From: Escherichia coli
Lineage (GTDB): Bacteria; Pseudomonadota; Gammaproteobacteria; Enterobacterales; Enterobacteriaceae
Strand: one strand, 5' to 3'
DNA: 64,000 nt
Assembly: GCF_003334355.1 (NCBI RefSeq)
Contig: NZ_QOWP01000015.1
Shown: positions 37,842 to 49,269 of the stretch, one piece after another
Numbering within the stretch: the stretch's first letter is position 1
How the letters are laid out: each line of letters starts with the position of its first letter
Notes under the pieces: generated by a model
What the model was told of the DNA's origin: nothing
What the model saw: the letters and a program-made list of their open reading frames with translations, nothing else
The model's database searches: none
Translations under genes and position numbers: made by a program

Positions 37842-38737
37842 TATTTCCCCCGTTTGGCGCGTGGATGCGCCGCATCGTACACCGAGGCAAGGTGTTGAAA
37901 ATCAAGATGAGTATAGATTTGCGTGGTGGAGAGGTTGGCATGACCCAGCAGCTCCTGCACACCACGAAGATCGCCGCTCGACTCCAGCATATGCGTGGCG
38001 AACGAGTGACGTAATTTATGCGGATGAACGTGATTATTCAGCCCTTGTTTTATGCCCCATTCGGCAAAGCGTTTCTGCACATTACGCGCGGAGATACGCT
38101 TGCCCAGTTTCGACAGAAAAAGCGCGTCGTCTTCGCTACCAAACAGGTCGCGCAAATCAAGCCAGTGCTCAATCCACGCCACAGCGTTGCGACCAATCGG
38201 CAGGCGGCGCTCTTTGCTGCCTTTCCCCATAACCCACACTTCACCAGACTCCAGGTCGAGGTGTTTAATATCCAGCCCCACCAGCTCAGAAAGACGCAGA
38301 CCCGCGCCGTACATCACTTCCAGCATTGCACGGTCGCGTACAGCGAGGGGATCATTGATATCAATATCCAGCAGCCGATTCATATCGTCGACGTCGATGT
38401 TTTTCGGCAGATGACGCGGCGCTTTCGGTGCCGAAACACCTTTCGCCGGGTTAGCTTTGAGTTCGTTCTGGCTGACCAGCCAGTCAAAAAAGCTACGTAG
38501 CGCAGAAAGCCGTAACGCCAGACTTGCTGCTCCCAGCCCTTTACGGCGACTGCGTACAGCAAAATTGCGCACCATCGTCACATCACATTGCTGCCAGCTT
38601 TGCAGGCCGTTTTCGCTGGCAAAATTGATGATCGCCTCAAGCTGACGCTGGTAGTTAAGCAGGGTTATCGGGCTAAGCTGGCGCTCCACGCTCAGATAAC
38701 GTAGGTAGCGTTCTACATCGGTGTGTAAATCGGTCAT
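37841..38737 (-). CDS. xerC: Tyrosine site-specific recombinase XerC
   Basis: 298-aa ORF with integrase C-terminal catalytic residues (HxxR ... Y). Confidence 0.95.
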
Positions 38738-39441
38738 ACGCGTTCAATCCAACGCTCCAGAAGCTCCGGCAACATCAGCGCAATTTCATGAAGTAACTGC
38801 GTTCCTTGCCCTTGTTGATAGTGACTGGCATCGCGACTGGTAAACAGCACGACACCCAAATCAGCATCGCTTCCCAGCATCGACATCGCCACCGATCCCA
38901 CCGCTTTCGCTTCCGGTAGCACCACCAGCAGCTCTGGTCCGTTAAGCGGCCCAAGATAGTGCTGTTCCTGCCCCAAACGCTGAATACGCAGCGGTTCGAA
39001 AGACTGACGGCTTAATGCCAGATGAGTGTGGTTCGACGGCGCACCTAAGCGCCAGCGATCCGGAAACAGGCGCAGACTCGCACCTGCCAGGCCGAGATCG
39101 CGCGCCCAGCGGTGAAAGCGCATCAGCATATCGTCGAGACTGCTGGCGGCGGTGAGACTGCGCTGCAGGTAGAGTAGGCGATAAAACAGGCCTTCGTTGG
39201 CGATAGCCTGTTCCATCAACAGCGCCATGTTCTCTTCCAGAACATGAATATGATTACGTGCGCGGGCCATGTGCCACTCGACCAACGAAACGGTGCCGCG
39301 TACCGGATGCGGCACACGTATCGCTTCTACTGCGCGCGCATTACGGATAAAAAACTCAGGATTTTTAATCAGATAATCGACAACCGCCCGGTCATCAAGC
39401 TCCGTGAGTGTTTCCTGCAGTTCTTCCCCTGGTTGCTTCAT
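38734..39441 (-). CDS. yigA: DUF484-family protein YigA
   Basis: 235-aa ORF; 4-bp overlaps with dapF and xerC. Confidence 0.88.
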
Positions 39442-40262
39442 AGATGAATAAATCCGTCGTAGACATGTACCGCCGGGCCAGTCATATATAACGGGTGACC
39501 CGGACCTTTCCAGGCGATATCAAGACGACCGCCGGGGAGTTCCACGCGTACTTCTTCGGCCAGCAAACCTTGCTGAATCCCTACTGCAACCGCCGCACAC
39601 GCGCCGCTGCCGCAGGCCTGGGTTTCTCCTGCCCCACGCTCATAAACGCGTAAACGAATATGCTCGCGCTTAACCACTTGCATAAAACCGATATTGGCGC
39701 GCTCCGGAAAACGCTCGTGGCTTTCCAGAACAGGACCAAGCGTTTCTACCGCCGCGGTATCGACATCATCGACCTGAATCACGCAATGCGGATTTCCCAT
39801 CGACACCACGCCGCATAAGATTGTCTGCTCGGCGGCGCGCATAATATAGGTCTTTTCCGCTTTGTTAGCGCGAAACGACACGGCGGAAGGTTCGAAGTTG
39901 GGTTCGCCCATATTTACGCGGACCAGATCATCATCGGTGACGGTCAGAACCATCCGCCCGTTGGCGGTGCTGACGCGGATATCACGCTTATTGGTCAGTC
40001 CTTTCAGACGCACAAAACGGGCAAAGCAGCGCGCACCGTTGCCGCACTGCGCCACTTCACTGCCATCAGCATTGAAAATGCGATAGTGAAAATCCAGTTC
40101 AGGATCATACGGCGGCTCAACCACCAGCAGTTGGTCAAACCCTACCCCCAGGTGCCGATCAGCCAGGCGACGAATCAGCTCCGGTGAAAAAAAGACATTC
40201 TGCGTTACCGCGTCGACGACCATAAAATCGTTGCCAAGGCCATGCATTTTCGAGAACTGCAT
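39438..40262 (-). CDS. dapF: Diaminopimelate epimerase DapF
   Basis: Recognised 274-aa Dap[18 protein letters not shown]; track ORF has one extra upstream ATG codon. Confidence 0.95.
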   Translation of the reverse strand: MQFSKMHGLGNDFMVVDAVTQNVFFSPELIRRLADRHLGVGFDQLLVVEPPYDPELDFHYRIFNADGSEVAQCGNGARCFARFVRLKGLTNKRDIRVSTANGRMVLTVTDDDLVRVNMGEPNFEPSAVSFRANKAEKTYIMRAAEQTILCGVVSMGNPHCVIQVDDVDTAAVETLGPVLESHERFPERANIGFMQVVKREHIRLRVYERGAGETQACGSGACAAVAVGIQQGLLAEEVRVELPGGRLDIAWKGPGHPLYMTGPAVHVYDGFIHL

Positions 40263-40298
40263 CATTTACTCCAATCACGCGGGTACAGAAACTGACTT

Positions 40299-40502
40299 TT
40301 AGTAATTCACCTGGGATGGACCATCGCCAGTGGCGCGATCGTTTTTATCCGGCACCGTGGATTGCGTTTGCGTCTCTACCGGTTTGGTCGGCGGCGGTGC
40401 GTTTTTATCTGCAGGCGGGAAATAGAGCGGACCTTTCAGACCGCAGCCCGTCAGGCTGAAGAGAGTAAGTAATACAGTGAGTGCCTTAAACACGTTTTTC
40501 AT
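40299..40502 (-). CDS. yifL: Small lipoprotein YifL
   Basis: 67-aa ORF with signal peptide and lipobox LTGC. Confidence 0.85.
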   Translation of the reverse strand: MKNVFKALTVLLTLFSLTGCGLKGPLYFPPADKNAPPPTKPVETQTQSTVPDKNDRATGDGPSQVNY

Positions 40503-40964
40503 TATGGATTGCCTGTAAAGTTCATCGCTTTCTGCTTTCTATCATCGCAGGAGAAGACGTAAAAGCAAGCGTTTAGCGACTCTTTATGAAGTCTGAAAAG
40601 TGAGGAAATGCTGCGAGTATAACGCTTACTCGTGGGGATTTATGTTTTGCTGGTAGTTTCGTGATCGGCACCTCGCGCCAGGATGGCTTTATGCACTATC
40701 GCAATGTGGTTTGTTTGTTGTCTTTTTTAGTTCCGTCAGCGTGAGGATGCTCGCTCGGTAAACCTGATCATAATGTTTACCAGAAACAGGGAAAGACGTG
40801 GTGTAACTGCGCCCTAATGAAGAGACAAATCTTTCGCTACACAGAGACATCATTATTCCGGTGACGGATGAATCGTGCCGGAACGCAGCCGCAGAGGTGC
40901 AAACTTTGAAGCCCTGACCCCATGCCGCTATACTGCCGCCATCACTTAAAAACAGGATACAACA

Positions 40965-41285
40965 ATGAACGACAGTGAATTTCATCGCCTGGCTGATCAA
41001 CTCTGGCTGACCATTGAAGAACGCCTGGACGACTGGGATGGCGACAGCGATATCGACTGCGAAATCAACGGCGGCGTACTGACCATTACCTTTGAGAATG
41101 GCAGCAAAATCATTATCAACCGCCAGGAGCCGCTGCACCAGGTATGGCTGGCAACCAAACAGGGCGGCTACCATTTTGACCTGAAAGGCGATGAGTGGAT
41201 TTGTGATCGCAGCGGCGAAACCTTCTGGGATTTGCTGGAACAGGCGGCGACGCAGCAGGCGGGTGAAACAGTCAGTTTCCGCTAA
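40965..41285 (+). CDS. cyaY: Iron-sulfur cluster assembly protein CyaY (frataxin homolog)
   Basis: 106-aa acidic ORF recognised as CyaY. Confidence 0.95.
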
Positions 41286-41324
41286 GATTGCATGCCGGAT
41301 AAGCCTCGCTTTCCGGCACGTTCA

Positions 41325-43871
41325 TCACGAAAAATATTGCTGTAATAGCGGCGTATCGTGATCCTGATTGGCAGGCGGCATGTTACCGATAGATTTTGTG
41401 CGGAACGGAATCACCTGTTCACGACCATCAACCTTCACAATCTGATAGAACTGCGGCAGGTTGAAGTTGATGAAGCTTGAGCCGTAGGTAAAACGGTCAT
41501 GCGATGACGAGTAGAAGCGACTGACGTCACGTACCAGCTCCTCTTTGCTGCCTTCGCAGTGGTGATATACCTCAACCCGGTTGCTTTCGTCGAGAATGTA
41601 GATATTAAAGCCATTCTCGTCTTGCGTTTCTTCGAAAAAGAACTGGATGATCCCTTCGCTGGCAAAGCCGTCCACCACCGCCGGTAATTTGACGTGATTG
41701 GTTTCAACCTGCACTGACAGGCCGTGCAGTTTGTTATGCGAAATCGCGCCATAAAACTCGATGGCGTTTTCCAGTTTCTGTACCGATACATTCAGGCGTT
41801 CGAAGAACAACCCCCAGGTTTGACCAGAAACGCGCAGCGCCTTGAAACGCCCGGTTTCCTGGCGGGTGCTGGAAAGACGCAATTCAATACACTCAGAAAC
41901 CAGTTGCTGCACGCGAGTACGAATTAAGCCGCGCAGATGCTGGCTATAACAGAAGACTTCCACGCTATCTGGCGGTGCGGCGTCCTGATGCATTTTGCCG
42001 AGAATAGTTTTCAGGGCTTCGATCATCGATTGCTCGCCGTTGAAGTGCAGCGTACGCACTTCGTTCCACGAGTTGCGGTACAGCAGGTCAACGCTACCTA
42101 CCAGGCAATTTTGATTCTCGCCAAAGCTGAAGACATCCAGCTTACGGAAATCGAAATGCACCACCTGATTGCGGAACGCCGCTGTCGGGTCATATTCCAG
42201 GTTAACGATAATCGCCAGATGGCGGATCTCACACGGGCTGTAGAGCGCCTTCGGTGTCGGTGCAGGTAAGCGCAGCGGGAAATGGTGCGACACGTCGGCG
42301 ACCATCTCCTGCAACTTAGGCAAATCGACAATGCCGTTACCTTTAATATACAAACGGGTGCGCGAGGTCAGCAGGCCGTTAAACCATGCCCACGCCACCA
42401 GTTTATTCAGGTAACGGTTATATTCCAGCGGCTGATGGCTGATGATCGACTCAATATTTGGCGCGCGGTTATACAGATACCAACCTGAACGGTTAGCCCG
42501 GCCCGGCGGCACATAAATAAAGGTCAGATTCGGTTCCGAGAGATCGGGTGAAATCTGCGGGTTTACCAGCGTCACTTTACCTGGTAATGCTTCAAACGCG
42601 GCATACAGCTTACGCGTCAGCACGCCGATATCCTGCGGACTGGCGGAGACGCTAAGGTTATTGCGACGCGCAAAGCGGATCAGATTACGGTAGCTCTGCA
42701 TCATCGCGTCGAGCAACTCGTTGTGCGCCTCACGCACCTGATCAATCTTCCAGTTAGCGCGGTTATCGAGCATTGCCAGACGAGCTTCGTCCCAACCCCA
42801 CTCGCTCACTAACTGGCTCAACACTGCGCGACGCCAGCCTACGCAGGCGCGTTCACGGCTGAGCTTTTCGCACACTTTTAAATAGAAGCAGCGACGTACT
42901 AAATCCAGACGGGTAAAATCTTCAATCGCCGTCAGGTATTCAGTAACACGCTCCAGCATCATGCAGTATGGATCGAGACCAAACGATACAATCTCGCCGT
43001 CGTGCAAACGCTGTTTGATATCTTTCGCCAGCAGACGTGGGTTCGGGTATTCCCAGGAATAGGCTTCCAGCAGCAGTGTTTTCAGTACCGCTTTGTATGG
43101 GGAATCGATACTCTTGTAGAGCTGCCAAAGGCTGGCACCAAAGTACTCTTCAGCAGAAAGCGAGCTTAAGCCACCGAGATCCAGCCATTCATTTGGCGTC
43201 AGCACGCCCTGCGCGTAAAGCGTCATCACATAGTCGTCGTAATGCTCTTCTTCGTCGCACGGCACCATATTCCACAGAATACGCTTACCGGCGAGACGCA
43301 CGGCGGTACGATAAAATTCGTCAAGCAGCAGTATATGCTGGGTGGAGCCACAATCTTCGCCCCCCAGGCTGCCGCTTTCATTATGACGGAAGCGGTTTTC
43401 ATCAATCAGGAAGAAGCTGACTTCCACACCCAGCGAGGCGGCCCAGTTTTCCAGCAGGCTACATTTACGTTGTAGCAATTGGCGCTCTTCGCTATCGAGC
43501 CAGGATTGATGACAGACCCAGATATCCAGGTCAGAGGAACAACTTTGCCCTACGGACGAGGTGCTGCCCATGGTGTATACACCAGTAATTGGAAGCTCAC
43601 CTTTCGGCGGATCCTGTACTGACATTCCACGATACAGTTCAAGCTCGTTCAGGTAGTGGCGTTGAGTTTCATCAGGCGTGTAAAGGCAAATGCCTTTGGG
43701 AACGTTACCATCAAGGTAACCCGGCATTAGCGGATGGTGATAGTGCAACAATGTCGGCAGTAGACTGTAGACCTGTTGGAATGCAGGCCCCATAGCAGCA
43801 AGCGCGCGATCCACACGCAATTGATTTATGGCATCCAGTCTCTGTTTCAGAGTCTCAATATAGAGGTACAA
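41325..43871 (-). CDS. cyaA: Adenylate cyclase CyaA (class I)
   Basis: 848-aa ORF recognised as CyaA; first codon is TTG (rc of caa at 43869-43871), the known non-ATG start of cyaA. Confidence 0.95.
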   Translation of the reverse strand: MYLYIETLKQRLDAINQLRVDRALAAMGPAFQQVYSLLPTLLHYHHPLMPGYLDGNVPKGICLYTPDETQRHYLNELELYRGMSVQDPPKGELPITGVYTMGSTSSVGQSCSSDLDIWVCHQSWLDSEERQLLQRKCSLLENWAASLGVEVSFFLIDENRFRHNESGSLGGEDCGSTQHILLLDEFYRTAVRLAGKRILWNMVPCDEEEHYDDYVMTLYAQGVLTPNEWLDLGGLSSLSAEEYFGASLWQLYKSIDSPYKAVLKTLLLEAYSWEYPNPRLLAKDIKQRLHDGEIVSFGLDPYCMMLERVTEYLTAIEDFTRLDLVRRCFYLKVCEKLSRERACVGWRRAVLSQLVSEWGWDEARLAMLDNRANWKIDQVREAHNELLDAMMQSYRNLIRFARRNNLSVSASPQDIGVLTRKLYAAFEALPGKVTLVNPQISPDLSEPNLTFIYVPPGRANRSGWYLYNRAPNIESIISHQPLEYNRYLNKLVAWAWFNGLLTSRTRLYIKGNGIVDLPKLQEMVADVSHHFPLRLPAPTPKALYSPCEIRHLAIIVNLEYDPTAAFRNQVVHFDFRKLDVFSFGENQNCLVGSVDLLYRNSWNEVRTLHFNGEQSMIEALKTILGKMHQDAAPPDSVEVFCYSQHLRGLIRTRVQQLVSECIELRLSSTRQETGRFKALRVSGQTWGLFFERLNVSVQKLENAIEFYGAISHNKLHGLSVQVETNHVKLPAVVDGFASEGIIQFFFEETQDENGFNIYILDESNRVEVYHHCEGSKEELVRDVSRFYSSSHDRFTYGSSFINFNLPQFYQIVKVDGREQVIPFRTKSIGNMPPANQDHDTPLLQQYFS

Positions 43872-44026
43872 GACGTATCGCCTGATTTGCTACCCGTCAT
43901 GACTGTGATTCCGCCAACATCAACGGTAACACGCGGCATTCGGGATATTTCGTATGTCAAAGGTAACCGTTACCACTTTTCGCGCCTGGTTTTTTTAGTT
44001 TCACGACGAAAAAATGGTCTAAAACG

Positions 44027-44044
44027 TGATCAATTTAACACCTT
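44027..44044. promoter_or_regulatory. Candidate CRP site in cyaA promoter/leader
   Basis: cGTGAtcaattTAACAc, partial match to TGTGA-N6-TCACA in the cyaA-hemC divergent region. Confidence 0.35.
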
Positions 44045-44257
44045 GCTGATTGACCGTAAAGAAAGATGCGCTACATACAAGTGTAGCACCGTTTATTCTC
44101 TGTAAATTCCTTATTACAACGGCGTGAAACGCCTGTCAGGATCCACTGCCAGACCTCATTTTACGGTTTGCGCAGGCGTCTACGTTTCACCACAACACTG
44201 ACATCACTCTGGCAAGGATGTTAGGATGGACCACGGATGATAATGACGGTAACAAGC

Positions 44258-45199
44258 ATGTTAGACAATGTTTTAAGAATTGCCACACGCCAAAGCCCAC
44301 TTGCACTCTGGCAGGCACACTATGTCAAAGACAAGTTGATGGCGAGCCATCCGGGCCTGGTCGTTGAACTGGTACCGATGGTGACGCGCGGCGATGTGAT
44401 TCTTGATACGCCGCTGGCGAAAGTAGGCGGAAAAGGCTTATTTGTAAAAGAGCTGGAAGTCGCGCTCCTCGAAAATCGCGCCGATATCGCCGTACACTCA
44501 ATGAAAGATGTGCCGGTTGAATTCCCGCAAGGTCTGGGACTGGTCACTATTTGTGAGCGTGAAGATCCTCGCGATGCCTTTGTGTCCAATAACTATGACA
44601 GTCTGGATGCGTTACCGGCAGGCAGTATCGTCGGGACGTCCAGTTTACGTCGCCAGTGCCAACTGGCTGAACGCCGCCCGGATCTGATTATCCGCTCCCT
44701 GCGCGGCAACGTCGGCACTCGCCTGAGCAAACTAGATAACGGCGAATACGATGCCATCATTCTTGCCGTAGCCGGACTAAAACGTTTAGGTCTGGAGTCC
44801 CGCATTCGCGCCGCGTTGCCACCCGAGATTTCTCTTCCGGCGGTAGGGCAAGGTGCGGTGGGTATTGAATGCCGCCTTGATGATGCACGCACTCGCGAGC
44901 TGCTTGCCGCGCTGAATCACCACGAAACTGCACTGCGCGTTACCGCAGAACGCGCCATGAATACCCGTCTCGAAGGCGGATGTCAGGTGCCAATTGGTAG
45001 CTACGCCGAGCTTATTGATGGTGAAATCTGGCTGCGTGCGCTGGTCGGCGCGCCGGACGGTTCGCAGATTATTCGCGGTGAACGCCGCGGTGCGCCGCAA
45101 AATGCCGAACAAATGGGGATTTCGCTGGCAGAAGAGCTACTGAATAACGGCGCGCGCGAGATCCTCGCTGAAGTCTATAACGGAGACGCCCCGGCATGA
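44258..45199 (+). CDS. hemC: Porphobilinogen deaminase (hydroxymethylbilane synthase) HemC
   Basis: Recognised HemC; start set at [19 protein letters not shown] (313 aa); in-frame ATGs at 44237 and 44243 give a 320-aa alternative. Confidence 0.92.
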   Translation: MLDNVLRIATRQSPLALWQAHYVKDKLMASHPGLVVELVPMVTRGDVILDTPLAKVGGKGLFVKELEVALLENRADIAVHSMKDVPVEFPQGLGLVTICEREDPRDAFVSNNYDSLDALPAGSIVGTSSLRRQCQLAERRPDLIIRSLRGNVGTRLSKLDNGEYDAIILAVAGLKRLGLESRIRAALPPEISLPAVGQGAVGIECRLDDARTRELLAALNHHETALRVTAERAMNTRLEGGCQVPIGSYAELIDGEIWLRALVGAPDGSQIIRGERRGAPQNAEQMGISLAEELLNNGAREILAEVYNGDAPA

Positions 45200-45936
45200 G
45201 TATCCTTGTCACCCGCCCGTCTCCCGCTGGAGAAGAGTTAGTGAGCCGTCTGCGCACACTGGGGCAGGTGGCCTGGCATTTTCCGCTGATTGAGTTTTCT
45301 CCGGGTCAACAATTACCGCAACTTGCTGATCAACTGGCAGCGCTGGGGGAGAGCGATCTGTTGTTTGCCCTCTCGCAACACGCGGTTGCTTTTGCCCAAT
45401 CACAGCTGCATCAGCAAGATCGTAAATGGCCCCGACTACCTGATTATTTCGCCATTGGACGCACCACCGCACTGGCACTACATACCGTAAGCGGACAGAA
45501 GATTCTCTACCCGCAGGATCGGGAAATCAGCGAAGTCTTGCTACAATTACCTGAATTACAAAATATTGCGGGCAAACGTGCGCTGATATTACGTGGCAAT
45601 GGTGGTCGTGAGCTAATTGGGGATACCCTGACGGCGCGCGGTGCTGAGGTCACTTTTTGTGAATGTTATCAACGATGCGCAATCCATTACGATGGTGCAG
45701 AAGAAGCGATGCGCTGGCAAGCCCGCGAGGTGACGATGGTCGTTGTTACCAGCGGTGAAATGTTGCAGCAACTCTGGTCGCTGATCCCACAATGGTATCG
45801 TGAGCACTGGTTACTACACTGTCGACTATTGGTCGTCAGTGAGCGTTTGGCGAAACTCGCCCGGGAACTGGGCTGGCAAGACATTAAGGTCGCCGATAAC
45901 GCTGACAACGATGCGCTTTTACGGGCATTACAATAA
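45196..45936 (+). CDS. hemD: Uroporphyrinogen-III synthase HemD
   Basis: 246-aa ORF overlapping the hemC stop by 4 bp. Confidence 0.93.
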   Translation: MSILVTRPSPAGEELVSRLRTLGQVAWHFPLIEFSPGQQLPQLADQLAALGESDLLFALSQHAVAFAQSQLHQQDRKWPRLPDYFAIGRTTALALHTVSGQKILYPQDREISEVLLQLPELQNIAGKRALILRGNGGRELIGDTLTARGAEVTFCECYQRCAIHYDGAEEAMRWQAREVTMVVVTSGEMLQQLWSLIPQWYREHWLLHCRLLVVSERLAKLARELGWQDIKVADNADNDALLRALQ

Positions 45937-45957
45937 CTCTCATAACAGGAAGCCATA

Positions 45958-47145
45958 ATGACGGAACAAGAAAAAACCTCCGCCGTGGTTGAAGAGACCA
46001 GGGAGGCCGTGGACACCACGTCACAACCTGTCGCAACAGAAAAAAAGAGTAAGAACAATACCGCATTGATTCTCAGCGCGGTGGCTATCGCTATTGCTCT
46101 GGCGGCGGGCGTCGGTTTGTATGGCTGGGGTAAACAACAGGCCGTCAATCAGACCGCCACCAGCGATGCCCTGGCTAACCAACTGACGGCATTGCAAAAA
46201 GCCCAGGAGAGCCAAAAAGCCGAGCTGGAAGGCATTATTAAGCAACAAGCTGCACAACTTAAGCAGGCGAATCGTCAGCAAGAAACGCTGGCAAAACAGT
46301 TGGATGAAGTCCAACAAAAGGTCGCCACCATTTCCGGCAGCGATGCTAAAACCTGGCTGCTGGCTCAGGCCGATTTTCTGGTGAAACTCGCCGGACGGAA
46401 GCTGTGGAGCGATCAGGACGTCACGACCGCTGCAGCGTTGCTGAAAAGTGCAGACGCCAGCCTGGCGGATATGAATGACCCGAGTCTGATTACCGTTCGT
46501 CGGGCAATTACCGATGATATCGCCAGCCTTTCTGCAGTATCGCAGGTGGATTATGACGGCATCATCCTTAAGCTTAATCAGCTTTCAAATCAGGTAGATA
46601 ACCTGCGTCTGGCCGATAATGACAGCGATGGTTCGCCGATGGATTCAGACGGTGAAGAGCTTTCCAGTTCCATCAGCGAATGGCGTATCAATCTGCAAAA
46701 AAGCTGGCAGAACTTTATGGACAACTTCATTACGATTCGCCGTCGTGATGACACCGCCGTACCGCTGTTAGCGCCAAATCAGGATATCTATCTGCGCGAA
46801 AATATTCGCTCTCGCCTGCTGGTCGCAGCACAAGCTGTACCGCGTCACCAGGAAGAGACTTATCGCCAGGCGCTGGAGAACGTCTCCACCTGGGTACGTG
46901 CTTACTACGATACTGATGATGCCACCACCAAAGCGTTCCTCGACGAGGTGGACCAGTTAAGCCAGCAAAATATCTCGATGGATCTTCCGGAAACCCTGCA
47001 AAGCCAGGCGATGCTGGAAAAACTGATGCAGACTCGCGTGCGTAACCTGCTGGCACAACCGGCAGCAGGGACAACGGAAGCTAAACCTGCACCTGCACCT
47101 GCACCGCAAGGTGATACTCCGGCAGCCGCGCCGCAAGGAGAATAA
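45958..47145 (+). CDS. hemX: HemX membrane protein (annotated uroporphyrinogen-III C-methyltransferase homolog)
   Basis: 395-aa ORF: N-terminal TM segment, Gln/Ala-rich coiled coil, Pro/Ala-rich C-terminus; AGGAAG RBS. Confidence 0.9.
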   Translation: MTEQEKTSAVVEETREAVDTTSQPVATEKKSKNNTALILSAVAIAIALAAGVGLYGWGKQQAVNQTATSDALANQLTALQKAQESQKAELEGIIKQQAAQLKQANRQQETLAKQLDEVQQKVATISGSDAKTWLLAQADFLVKLAGRKLWSDQDVTTAAALLKSADASLADMNDPSLITVRRAITDDIASLSAVSQVDYDGIILKLNQLSNQVDNLRLADNDSDGSPMDSDGEELSSSISEWRINLQKSWQNFMDNFITIRRRDDTAVPLLAPNQDIYLRENIRSRLLVAAQAVPRHQEETYRQALENVSTWVRAYYDTDDATTKAFLDEVDQLSQQNISMDLPETLQSQAMLEKLMQTRVRNLLAQPAAGTTEAKPAPAPAPQGDTPAAAPQGE

Positions 47146-47147
47146 CC

Positions 47148-48344
47148 ATGCTAAAAGTGTTATTACTCTTTGTTTTGCTGATTGCGGGGATAGTGGTTGG
47201 CCCGATGATTGCCGGTCATCAGGGTTATGTGCTGATCCAAACCGACAACTACAATATCGAAACCAGCGTCACGGGCCTGGCGATCATATTGATTCTGGCG
47301 ATGGTAGTGCTGTTTGCCATTGAGTGGCTACTGCGGCGGATCTTCCGCACTGGCGCGCACACCCGTGGGTGGTTTGTCGGGCGTAAGCGTCGCCGTGCAC
47401 GTAAGCAGACCGAACAGGCGCTGCTGAAACTGGCGGAAGGCGATTATCAGCAAGTTGAAAAGCTGATGGCGAAAAATGCCGATCACGCTGAACAACCGGT
47501 GGTGAACTATCTACTGGCTGCCGAAGCCGCGCAACAACGTGGTGATGAAGCGCGCGCCAACCAACATCTGGAACGCGCAGCGGAGCTGGCCGGCAATGAC
47601 ACCATTCCGGTAGAAATCACCCGTGTACGTCTGCAACTGGCCCGTAATGAAAACCATGCTGCACGCCACGGCGTGGATAAGCTGCTGGAAGTTACGCCAC
47701 GCCATCCGGAAGTATTACGTCTGGCGGAACAGGCGTATATCCGCACAGGTGCATGGAGTTCTCTGCTGGATATCATCCCATCAATGGCGAAAGCCCATGT
47801 TGGTGATGAAGAACATCGTGCAATGCTGGAACAACAGGCATGGATTGGCCTGATGGATCAGGCGCGTGCCGATAACGGTAGTGAAGGTTTGCGTAACTGG
47901 TGGAAAAACCAAAGCCGGAAAACGCGTCATCAGGTAGCGTTGCAGGTGGCAATGGCGGAACATCTTATTGAATGTGACGATCATGATACTGCCCAGCAAA
48001 TTATCATCGATGGCCTGAAACGCCAGTACGACGATCGCCTACTGCTGCCGATTCCTCGACTGAAAACCAACAATCCGGAACAGCTGGAAAAAGTGCTGCG
48101 CCAGCAGATCAAAAACGTCGGCGATCGCCCGCTGTTGTGGAGCACACTGGGCCAGTCACTGATGAAGCACGGAGAATGGCAGGAAGCATCGCTCGCCTTC
48201 CGCGCAGCGCTGAAACAACGTCCGGACGCCTACGATTACGCATGGCTTGCCGACGCGCTGGACAGACTGCACAAGCCGGAAGAAGCTGCAGCGATGCGTC
48301 ACGACGGTTTGATGTTAACGTTGCAGAACAACCCACCACAGTAG
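47148..48344 (+). CDS. hemY: HemY protein (TPR-containing inner membrane protein)
   Basis: 398-aa ORF; AAGGAG RBS; last gene of hemCDXY. Confidence 0.93.
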   Translation: MLKVLLLFVLLIAGIVVGPMIAGHQGYVLIQTDNYNIETSVTGLAIILILAMVVLFAIEWLLRRIFRTGAHTRGWFVGRKRRRARKQTEQALLKLAEGDYQQVEKLMAKNADHAEQPVVNYLLAAEAAQQRGDEARANQHLERAAELAGNDTIPVEITRVRLQLARNENHAARHGVDKLLEVTPRHPEVLRLAEQAYIRTGAWSSLLDIIPSMAKAHVGDEEHRAMLEQQAWIGLMDQARADNGSEGLRNWWKNQSRKTRHQVALQVAMAEHLIECDDHDTAQQIIIDGLKRQYDDRLLLPIPRLKTNNPEQLEKVLRQQIKNVGDRPLLWSTLGQSLMKHGEWQEASLAFRAALKQRPDAYDYAWLADALDRLHKPEEAAAMRHDGLMLTLQNNPPQ

Positions 48345-48391
48345 TTCCTTCTCACCCGGGGGCAAGCACCTCCGGGGCCTTCCTGACACAT

Positions 48392-48598
48392 AAAAAAACG
48401 CCTGCTCTTATTACGGAGCAGGCGTTAAAACAGGTCTGTATGACAACAAGTGGGTGCTTCACTCAACGTTGTGTCCATGGTGTCTGATGAGGCATAAGCG
48501 ACATCTGTCAGTGGACGATAAGCACCGTAAACGGCTCTGCGTCATTCCGGAGTTTATGAGGCACTAAGGCGAACATAAGAGATGGAATGAGCATCTAC
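48392..48598 (-). ncRNA. glmZ: GlmZ small RNA (SraJ/RyiA), glmS activator
   Basis: Minus-strand transcript beginning GUAGAUGCUCAUUCCAUCUCUUAUGUUCGCC and ending in hairpin AACGCCUGCUC-CGUAAUAA-GAGCAGGCGUU plus U7; location (hemY/aslA intergenic) and about 207-nt length fit GlmZ; ends +/-2. Confidence 0.8.
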
Positions 48599-49022
48599 TC
48601 GTTTATTATGCCACAGAGAATCGGGAAATAACATCCCTTAACACTTGTTATGAGATAATTCTGTAATCCTCTTTGCTTCCTGAGTAATAACTTCCTGAGT
48701 GAATATTTAACCTGAGCTTGATCCTACACATACTTATTATGAATGATAAAATTCATTCAATTAATAACACATATATTAATTGCCGTTAAAACTAAAAACA
48801 GCATCAATAATCAACGCGATATAATAAACCTGCCTTACATATCAACTGCGCCAGAGGTAGGATTGAAAACGCTCTCCTGATTTTCCAATTCATTTTCTGG
48901 ATAAATAAATAATTTATTTTTGTCACTATTATTTATGTAATCATCCTGTCAGGGAGAGGGATCTCAATTATCAATGCTTAATTACGTCATCATTTTGATG
49001 ACATGAAACCGGAGCATTTTGC

Positions 49023-49184
49023 ATGGAAATTTCGTTTTCACCCAAACGTCTTGTTGTTGCTGTCGCCGCCGCTCTTCCTCTCATGGCCAGCGCAGCAGAT
49101 ACCCCGTCAACTGCCACCGCACGCAAAGGCTTTGCCGGATACGATCACCCAAACCAGTATCCACAGAACGCTGCAATTTATTGA
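49023..49184 (+). pseudogene. aslA: aslA (arylsulfatase) N-terminal remnant, about 53 codons
   Basis: ATG-initiated frame encoding signal peptide [27 protein letters not shown]...; frame ends after about 53 codons at the REP/terminator; too little space before aslB for an intact sulfatase. Confidence 0.6.
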
Positions 49185-49198
49185 ATTTGCACGATCAT

Positions 49199-49236
<38 letters not shown>

Positions 49237-49244
49237 AACCGCAG

Positions 49245-49269
49245 GCGGCCACAAAATGGCCGCTTTTTT
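49245..49269 (+). terminator. Intrinsic terminator (aslA 3' end), abutting the aslB stop
   Basis: gcggcca-caaaa-tggccgc hairpin followed by T6. Confidence 0.55.

Noticed and set aside
40689-41174. 161-aa ORF on the - strand spanning the yifL-cyaY spacer and the cyaY 5' end
   Set aside because: Overlaps the confident cyaY gene on the opposite strand; no RBS and no recognisable protein features; likely spurious.
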